Shown here in pieces: positions 25,740-32,000 of a stretch of DNA of 32,000 bases. Below the pieces are notes generated by a model. That model was not told the origin of the DNA. It saw nothing but the letters and a program-made list of their open reading frames with translations, and made no database searches. The stretch is from Ignicoccus pacificus DSM 13166. GTDB lineage: Archaea > Thermoproteota > Thermoprotei_A > Sulfolobales > Ignicoccaceae. The DNA lies in NCBI GenBank assembly GCA_025340205.1, contig CP006868.1, positions 840,001 to 872,000 of the forward strand, in the 5' to 3' direction. A program made the position numbers and the translations under genes. The first letter of the stretch is position 1. Every line of letters starts with the position of its first letter.

Positions 25740-27086
25740 TCATCCTAGTTGTAGTCTCAAGACAGGAGGTGGCATGTGCCCTTCTCTAGTTATGAATGAA
25801 TTCGGGGAGAGGTCCTCTAGAGGAAGAACCACTCCTTTGCCTAACAGTCCACCTAGGTCTATCACGTCTCCCGGCTTGGAATTGGGTACTGGAAGTAACC
25901 TTACGCCCATGGGTTTGTTGTGAACGATGCCTATTGTCAGCTGGTCTGCAGTAAGTGACGCTAAGGTCTCTTTACTTACCATGGGTATTGGAACCATATC
26001 AAGGCCGGCGGAACATATAGCCGTGTACGCTACTAACTTGTATATATCCACGGTTCCCCTTTCGGCAGCTTCTAACATTCCGGCATCCTCGCTGAGAGGT
26101 ATGAATAGACCAGAGAATCCTCCAAATCTAGAGACAGCCATGGCTCCACCCTTTTTCAAGGCATCGATCACTAGCGCGAGTGCGGTGAGCGTTCCAGGAG
26201 CGCCAAAGCTGGGGACACCCATGGCTTCAACTACCTTGGCTACACTATCCCCCATCTTAGGAGTAGGCGCTAAGCTGAGATCGACAGAGCCCATCTCGAT
26301 ACCCATTTTCTGGGCGACTTTCTTTCCTGCGAACTCTCCTAGCCTCGAGATCTTGAAGCTAACCTTCTTTATTTCTTCGTGTAGATCCCTAAACGTCCTT
26401 GCATTAGATCTCCTTATCGCAGCTTCAACTACACCGGGGCCGGAGACGGCCACGTTGATCTCCGCACTAGGTCTTCCTAAGCCGTGGTGAGCTCCTGGCA
26501 TGAAGGGAACGTCGCCAGGTAAGTTTACCGAGACCAGAAACTTAGCGTTTCCGGTAGCATTAGTGAGCTTGGCCAACTCGATAAGTTTCCCACTTATAGA
26601 ATAAATGGCCTCTATGTTAAGTCCATCCCAAGTGCCACCCACATTGATGAATCCGAACACCCTCTCAGTGGTGCTGAGCGCCTTTGGCAAGGCTTCGAGA
26701 AAACCTTTCGTAACCTCGTCTAAACCGGTGTTAGCAAAGGTTCCAAATCCTCCAACGGCGTCTACTCCGACCCTCCTCGCGGCCTCGTCTACTTCCTTAG
26801 CATATTCGATCATTCTGTCTATGTCACCATCGCTAGTGATGACGTTCAAAGGAGAAAGAGCTATCCTTGAAGTAACTATAGGTACGCCGTGTTCCTCTAC
26901 CACCTCTCTAACAGCTCTTACTAGCTCCTCTCCCCATTTCTCTACTAACGACGCTGCTACCTCTGGGTAGTCCTTATCTGAAGGAACCTCTAATGAGAGG
27001 GTAACTGCTCTTATATCTAGGTTTAAGTAGTGGAGCATCTCGGTTACTTCGGCGATTTCCTCGGTTCTGAACATCATATCTTCCAC
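25740..27086 (-). CDS. DUF711 / UPF0210 family protein
   Basis: N-terminal EEIAEVTEMLHYLNLDIRAVTLSLE; DSVAKVVEAMGVPSFGAPGTLTALALVIDALKKGGAMA; FIPLSEDAGM. Confidence 0.85.
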   Translation of the reverse strand: MEDMMFRTEEIAEVTEMLHYLNLDIRAVTLSLEVPSDKDYPEVAASLVEKWGEELVRAVREVVEEHGVPIVTSRIALSPLNVITSDGDIDRMIEYAKEVDEAARRVGVDAVGGFGTFANTGLDEVTKGFLEALPKALSTTERVFGFINVGGTWDGLNIEAIYSISGKLIELAKLTNATGNAKFLVSVNLPGDVPFMPGAHHGLGRPSAEINVAVSGPGVVEAAIRRSNARTFRDLHEEIKKVSFKISRLGEFAGKKVAQKMGIEMGSVDLSLAPTPKMGDSVAKVVEAMGVPSFGAPGTLTALALVIDALKKGGAMAVSRFGGFSGLFIPLSEDAGMLEAAERGTVDIYKLVAYTAICSAGLDMVPIPMVSKETLASLTADQLTIGIVHNKPMGVRLLPVPNSKPGDVIDLGGLLGKGVVLPLEDLSPNSFITREGHMPPPVLRLQLG

Positions 27087-27463
27087 CTTTTTCTCTTATA
27101 ATATCTTAGCTCCATGACCCTTGAGAACCAATCCCTAGGGGCGAGCTTGAATAAACAAGCTCTCGGTTCCAGAACGCCAATCCATAAGGGGGAAGGCGGG
27201 ATCTCTATATCAGCGAAATAGGCTTCAGTTACCTTGTTCAGCTCTCTTCTTGAGCGCTCGAGAGCTTCGCTAATTTGATGAGTGCCGTAATAGTATAATA
27301 ACACCTCTATAGGAAATGCCTTGGAAATCATGGATCCTTTTAACATATCTTCATAAGCAAAGATAGCGGATATTCTGAGCCTTATGGGATCGGTACCATA
27401 TGCGTGTCTGGGCCTCTCTGGTACCCTAGCCTTTCCCCAGAAGAGCGTTTGAAACGTCTTCAC
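27074..27463 (-). CDS. Hypothetical protein, overlaps both neighbours
   Basis: 129-aa ORF with archaeal-like amino acid composition between the hpt-like and DUF711 genes, with 13-bp and 38-bp overlaps. Confidence 0.55.
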   Translation of the reverse strand: MKTFQTLFWGKARVPERPRHAYGTDPIRLRISAIFAYEDMLKGSMISKAFPIEVLLYYYGTHQISEALERSRRELNKVTEAYFADIEIPPSPLWIGVLEPRACLFKLAPRDWFSRVMELRYYKRKRWKI

Positions 27464-27950
27464 CCAGCAGCCTTGGAAGTAACTCCTTAACGCTTTCTTC
27501 CCCTTTCTTGATGAGTTCTACTACTTCCCACGGAAATAAGATCCAAGCGTCGCTCTCAATAACCCAATGGTCTATCTTCGCCCTACATTTAGACTTTTTG
27601 ACGATAACAGCTTTCTTTACTTCCTTAGCTCCTAGCATTTTCAAATAGCTTTCTAAAATGGTAATAGTTTCGCCGGTATCACAAACATCATCAACTATTA
27701 GTACTTTCTTCTCAAGGAGATCGCACAAGGGAGTAAGTATTCTAGGCTGGCCCAGTTTATGAGTTCCTTGATATGATTTCACCCTAACGGCCACAACGTC
27801 TTTGGACAGAATGTCTGAGAGTAAGATAGCCGGAACTATACCCCCTCTTAAGACACCTACAATAATATCGAAATCTTCATCTTTAACTTTCTTAGATAAG
27901 TCTAAGGTGAATTTGTGTACCTTTTTCCAGTCAATTAATTCGAATTCCAT
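27426..27950 (-). CDS. Purine/xanthine-type phosphoribosyltransferase
   Basis: DIIVGVLRGGIVPAILLSDIL and PRPP loop VLIVDDVCDTGETITIL; WILFPWE near the C-terminus. Confidence 0.88.
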   Translation of the reverse strand: MEFELIDWKKVHKFTLDLSKKVKDEDFDIIVGVLRGGIVPAILLSDILSKDVVAVRVKSYQGTHKLGQPRILTPLCDLLEKKVLIVDDVCDTGETITILESYLKMLGAKEVKKAVIVKKSKCRAKIDHWVIESDAWILFPWEVVELIKKGEESVKELLPRLLGEDVSNALLGKG

Positions 27951-27971
27951 ACTCTCACCTCAAGGGAGGGA

Positions 27972-28047
27972 ATGTGCCCTGCCCCTGACCCCCCGGTTCA
28001 CCGTCCGGTACACCGGCCTCACCGGGGTTCTCCTAAGCAGGGCGCTC
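27972..28047 (-). ncRNA. Candidate single-hairpin H/ACA guide sRNA with k-turn
   Basis: Minus strand: lower stem GCCCTGC(28043-28037)/GCAGGGC(27982-27976); pocket strands TTAGGAGAA and GGTCAGGG; upper stem CCCCGGT(28027-28021)/ACCGGGG(27997-27991); k-turn with tandem G28020-A27998 and A28019-G27999 and 3-nt bulge GGU; distal stem closed by CCGG-UGUA-CCGG; ACA box at 27975-27973, 15 nt after the upper stem base. Confidence 0.78.
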
Positions 28048-28069
28048 CAAGGTTAGGTTAAGATAAACG

Positions 28070-28078
28070 GTTTAAGAG
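28070..28078 (-). promoter_or_regulatory. TATA-like element upstream of the H/ACA candidate
   Basis: Minus strand ATATCTCTTAAACCG places a CTTAAA core about 25 nt upstream of the expected 5' end near 28047. Confidence 0.35.
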
Positions 28079-28133
28079 ATATCCAGCCTAGGTGATATTA
28101 ATCTCAAGTAAAGGACAGATTGGGGCTCAATGA

Positions 28134-31091
28134 ATGAAAAGATGGATAATACTAATGGTGCTTCTCGGCATTGTACTAGCTCAACCAATAACCACGCTGA
28201 ACATCGAGGTTCAAGCACAGAAACCCCTAGTCTATGGTGAACGCGTACCAATGAGAATTAAGGTTTGTAACGTAGGGGTTATGAACTTCTTAGGTGTTGC
28301 CCTTCAATATGAGGTTCGAGGGGGAATTATAGAAGGTGGTACAACTTACAGCCTAGGCTTCCTAGGAAGAGGGGCTTGCAAGGAAATGACCTTGAATGTA
28401 ATTCCAATCTCAAGTAACCTGAAGCTGAAAATATTGGCTATGGTTAATACAAATATAGGAACGAAGAGCGTTTCGATGAAGGGAGATTACTTCTTCGAGT
28501 GGTTTGTGAAATCGCCCAAGTTGTTGGCTTCTGTGAAAAGTGTCGATTTACTTAGCGGAAAGTTAGAGCTATCAATTAAGAACGTCGGTAACATGGTCGC
28601 CTCAAACATAACTCTTTACGCGTCTTCGGATAACTGCCAAGTGAGACCTGCCGTGACTAATATCGGGACAATAAAACCCGGTTCCGCCAAGGTAGTGAAC
28701 CTAATCTTGAGGGCTCCCGAAGGCATAAAGAGTTGTTTGATAAGAGCGACATTAACTGATGGAATCAGCAACTGGACTTCTAAAATAACAATCCAAATTA
28801 GAAAGCCTCAAGTAAATATAGAGATAGGAAACGTCATAACAATATGTTACAGTGGCAAGACTAGCGTGAATGGGACGTTAACTCTAAGCGCTCAGAACGC
28901 GTTGATAGCACCAGCCGTCTCTAATGTAAGTCTCCGTAGAGGTTGTGTAAAGGTACCATATACGTTGATCTCGCCCTCTACGCCATTGCGAATAATAGCT
29001 ACGTTGAACATAGGAAGCTTTACCTATATTGTAAAGAGGGATATCAAGGCACTCCCCCTAAGTATAACCACCAACGTAACGACTCTGGCGATAGGTTCCA
29101 AGAACCTAATTAGACTAAGGATAGGTTCTGATTACAGCTTCAAAAAGGCTATAATGAAGATGGAGCCAAGCGTGGGATCGCTCAACGTCTCGTCCTTGGT
29201 AGTTAATTCCAATTCTACCGTATGGATCTCTTGGTCTATACCAACTAAGAAGATTGAAGGAGCTTATCTACATGTCAACGTCTTAGGGAACGAGATAAAG
29301 ATACCTTTCGTTCTAATTAAACAAGAACCACCAATAAACTTGGAGTATTCTCCTAAGACTCTTCTTGAGGGAAGTAACACAAAGCTCAAGCTCTGTGTGG
29401 TAAATAACTGGACCAGATCCTTGAAGAGCGTTACCTTGGAGACCAACGCTACCCAACCGGTAATTAGCTCTTACTTAGGGAATATTCCTCCTAAGAGTAA
29501 GAAATGTGTCGATGTTATAGCCTCAGTCCCTTGGGGTATGAGAACGTACAAGATTTACGTTATCTTAAACAGTGAAGGGTATACTAAGAAGTACCTCTTA
29601 GACATTCCTATGATGCAGAATCCAAACGTAGCGGTGCTTAAGGTAACGATAAACCCCATGAGTTTGAAACCCGGAAGCAGCTATACTACCCTGATCGTAA
29701 AGAATGAGGGGAAGGGATGGGCAAGAAACGTCGTCGTTTCGGTTAGTTCACCGGACTTAGTATATCCTACCTCTAAGGTTCCTTTAGGAGACATAGGACC
29801 TGGGAAGGCTAAGATGATACAGTTACAGTTTACAGTACCCCCTGACATAAACAAGGAGAAGTGTAAGATCAGTATTGATTATTGCAGTGGTACAGCAGTC
29901 GGACCTTGCGAGCCAAAGCGTTTCGAAACACAAGTCAATATCCCAGTGGAGCCGTACGTTCCTCCAACATTACAGATAACCTCGTCTAAGTTGACTTTAA
30001 GGTCAGGCAACGTTACTGAAATAACGCTCAAGATAACGAATGTTGGTAACGACGTGGCCATAGCTCCCGAGCTTACCATAGGATCCTCCAAGATCATAGG
30101 AGTAGTAGGAGAGACCACGTTTGTTCTCAATAATATCAAGCCTAAGGATTCGGTTACCGTGAAACTACAAGTAAACGTACAACCGGTTAACAAGAGAACG
30201 GCAGCTTCGTTAAGCTACAGCTTAAGGTATGGCGATCCTTGGGGGAAGACTTACAATAACAGAGGATCTCTCACATTTACAATACTACCTATGAAAAGAG
30301 CAGATGTAGTAGTGCACGTTCTATCAAACACGTTGATAAAAGGAGATAACAGAGTCCTTCTGGTTAGGGTAAGGAACGTCGGTAACAGTATTGCAAAGAA
30401 TATAACCTTGACCGCATACGCAAGCGGTGTAGTGATAAAGGATCCCACCCTTAGAATAGGAACCTTAATGCCCGGTCAAGCGATAACGTGGCGTTTAGTT
30501 TACAGCATTCCAACTTCCTCTTTGATAAACAGTGTGCAACTGAGTGTTACTGTAAACTATTTAAGCAATGGACAAAGTGAAGTAAATACTTTCAGTTTTC
30601 CTATGAAGGTAATAATGGGACCTCAAATGGAGATAACAGACGTAACGGTGACCCCTCAGAAAGTGATCGCTGGTAAGGCGCTAAGCGTTTCTGTGGTCCT
30701 AGTGAACAGTGGCGACGCCCCTGCCTACAACGTTCACGTGAGTGTACAGCTTCCCGTTCAACTGACCGCGATCGGACCTACAAGGGTGTTCTTGGGTAAT
30801 ATTAGACAGCAGAACAGCGTTCCCGTAGCCTTCGTCTTAAAGCCAAAGGAAGGAACAGCACCAGGAACCTACGTAGCTAAGATTGTGGCCAGTTACAACT
30901 TCAACGGAGCTAGGTATAGTGTAGAAACTCCTGTCACAATAATAGTTACGTCTCCAAGCTCGCAGTACGTGAGCATGTTCGAGAGATATAAGCTCTACGC
31001 TGCTATAGGAGGAGCAGCTCTAGCGTTAATCGTAATTGTGGTACTTATCAAGAGGAGAAGGAAGAGCGGTGAAGTGATTACAGAGGAGTGA
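28134..31091 (+). CDS. Large secreted/surface protein with repeated CARDB/NEW3-like beta-sandwich domains and a C-terminal TM anchor
   Basis: Signal peptide MKRWIILMVLLGIVLAQP; repeated VKNVGNxVA/VxNxGxxxAxNVxV modules; C-terminal YAAIGGAALALIVIVVLIKRRRKS. Confidence 0.85.
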   Translation: MKRWIILMVLLGIVLAQPITTLNIEVQAQKPLVYGERVPMRIKVCNVGVMNFLGVALQYEVRGGIIEGGTTYSLGFLGRGACKEMTLNVIPISSNLKLKILAMVNTNIGTKSVSMKGDYFFEWFVKSPKLLASVKSVDLLSGKLELSIKNVGNMVASNITLYASSDNCQVRPAVTNIGTIKPGSAKVVNLILRAPEGIKSCLIRATLTDGISNWTSKITIQIRKPQVNIEIGNVITICYSGKTSVNGTLTLSAQNALIAPAVSNVSLRRGCVKVPYTLISPSTPLRIIATLNIGSFTYIVKRDIKALPLSITTNVTTLAIGSKNLIRLRIGSDYSFKKAIMKMEPSVGSLNVSSLVVNSNSTVWISWSIPTKKIEGAYLHVNVLGNEIKIPFVLIKQEPPINLEYSPKTLLEGSNTKLKLCVVNNWTRSLKSVTLETNATQPVISSYLGNIPPKSKKCVDVIASVPWGMRTYKIYVILNSEGYTKKYLLDIPMMQNPNVAVLKVTINPMSLKPGSSYTTLIVKNEGKGWARNVVVSVSSPDLVYPTSKVPLGDIGPGKAKMIQLQFTVPPDINKEKCKISIDYCSGTAVGPCEPKRFETQVNIPVEPYVPPTLQITSSKLTLRSGNVTEITLKITNVGNDVAIAPELTIGSSKIIGVVGETTFVLNNIKPKDSVTVKLQVNVQPVNKRTAASLSYSLRYGDPWGKTYNNRGSLTFTILPMKRADVVVHVLSNTLIKGDNRVLLVRVRNVGNSIAKNITLTAYASGVVIKDPTLRIGTLMPGQAITWRLVYSIPTSSLINSVQLSVTVNYLSNGQSEVNTFSFPMKVIMGPQMEITDVTVTPQKVIAGKALSVSVVLVNSGDAPAYNVHVSVQLPVQLTAIGPTRVFLGNIRQQNSVPVAFVLKPKEGTAPGTYVAKIVASYNFNGARYSVETPVTIIVTSPSSQYVSMFERYKLYAAIGGAALALIVIVVLIKRRRKSGEVITEE

Positions 31092-31096
31092 GCACG

Positions 31097-32000
31097 ATGA
31101 TATTGAACGATCTCTTCAAGCTAACGCTTAAAGATGTTAAAAGCGGTGGAATAAGATCGTTACTCGTTCTATTAAGTGTTGCGGTTGGCGCTGCTTCTCT
31201 CATTGCCTTTGTGGCACAAGCAGAGGGCATGAGATATAACGTAGAGACGCAGTTCAGAGGACTTTCGGCGAATGTCATAATAGGAATGTCACCAATTCCT
31301 TCCTTAACCTATCAAGACGTTATAGTGCTGAAATCGTTCAGGCACGTCGTAGATGTTAGAGCTGCTTTATTTGCAGACGTGAAGATCCCAGCTAAAGGGA
31401 AATACCTCGATTTCAAGTTAGTGGGAATGGATGCCAAAACGTTCTACACAATATTTCCCTCAGCCGTACCTAAGTATGGTAGTATCGAACTGAACGCTCC
31501 AGACTTAGCTTCAATAGGTTTCCAAGTATATAAAGAGACTAAAATAGGGCTGAACAGTCTCCTACCAATAAAGTTCGGAAGAAAAATATTCTACGTTAGA
31601 GTCTCAGCTGTGCTAGCTCCGCTAGGCGTGAGCCCACTCGCCGTAGGCTTCGAACCCGACAAGGCAGTATTTGTAAACATAAACGACGTTAAATCGTTCT
31701 TAAATGTAAGGAAAATGAACTTGGTGTATATAATAGTTGATAGTCCAAAGAACGTGGATAAGGTATATCAAGAAGTCAGTAACTACTTGAAGGGCAAGAA
31801 GTTTCAAGTCTTTGCCCCTCTTAGCGTCATAAAGGTCTATATGTCAGCAGTGAGCTTTGCTGAGCGATTCCTTCTAGCTATGTCGATGATGGCATTTGTC
31901 GCTAGTGGATTTAGCATAGCTAATACAATGATGATAACGGTAATAGAAAGAACTAAAGAAATAGGTGTTATGAAGGCGGTGGGCTTCACTTCAAGACAAA
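31097..32000 (+). CDS. ABC transporter permease of the MacB/FtsX (LolE-type) family, truncated by the window edge
   Basis: Open from ATG 31097 to the window end: MILNDLFKLTLKDVKSGGIRSLLVLLSVAVGAASLIAFVAQAEGM...LLAMSMMAFVASGFSIANTMMITVIERTKEIGVMKAVGFTSRQ. Absent from the ORF track because no stop codon is reached. Confidence 0.88.
   Translation, partial: MILNDLFKLTLKDVKSGGIRSLLVLLSVAVGAASLIAFVAQAEGMRYNVETQFRGLSANVIIGMSPIPSLTYQDVIVLKSFRHVVDVRAALFADVKIPAKGKYLDFKLVGMDAKTFYTIFPSAVPKYGSIELNAPDLASIGFQVYKETKIGLNSLLPIKFGRKIFYVRVSAVLAPLGVSPLAVGFEPDKAVFVNINDVKSFLNVRKMNLVYIIVDSPKNVDKVYQEVSNYLKGKKFQVFAPLSVIKVYMSAVSFAERFLLAMSMMAFVASGFSIANTMMITVIERTKEIGVMKAVGFTSRQ

Noticed and set aside
25927-26970. Antisense ORFs (187 and 121 aa) over the DUF711 gene
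   Set aside because: Serine/proline-rich shadow frames of a well-supported gene on the opposite strand.
28134-31091. Repeated VxNVGNxxAxN-like motifs considered as DNA repeats or phase-variable repeats
   Set aside because: The repetition is at the protein-domain level (degenerate beta-sandwich modules); I saw no near-identical nucleotide repeats.
1-32000. CRISPR arrays, Cas genes, toxin-antitoxin, integrases, transposases or a defence island
   Set aside because: No regularly spaced direct repeats and no recognisable mobile or defence proteins were seen; the content is mostly housekeeping.

Overview
This window looks like a gene-dense, ordinary chromosomal segment of a hyperthermophilic crenarchaeon (Desulfurococcales-like by gene content; lineage is inference). 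Supported content: a truncated tatC at the left edge (missed by the ORF track), a NUDIX hydrolase, a metal-type ABC binding protein and permease pair, an ArcS-like (DUF5591) protein, an aminotransferase, the crenarchaeal cluster uS15 / RecJ-like / Pcc1 / eS1, endonuclease III, QueC, MqnC-type radical SAM, GH130-like, inositol-1-phosphate synthase, Nop5, a Zn-ribbon protein of unknown function, a histidine phosphatase, a metallophosphoesterase, a membrane protein/TrkA/MscS operon, a beta-propeller-like protein, siroheme synthase (dehydrogenase type), uL2, pantoate kinase, CoaBC, a GNAT acetyltransferase, a LeuC-family dehydratase, a DUF711 protein, a phosphoribosyltransferase, a 985-aa surface protein, and a truncated ABC3/FtsX-type permease at the right edge. 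I see no CRISPR array, transposon, rRNA, tRNA or defence island. The strongest unannotated signals are two candidate guide RNAs. One is an H/ACA sRNA with a textbook k-turn and correctly spaced ACA box (minus strand, about 27972-28047). The other is a C/D box sRNA downstream of a TATA-like element (plus strand, about 20965-21025). I did not find a convincing novel multi-gene system. The most interesting uncharacterised protein leads are the membrane/TrkA/MscS operon, the Zn-ribbon protein beside Nop5, and the diverged metal-binding-protein pair.
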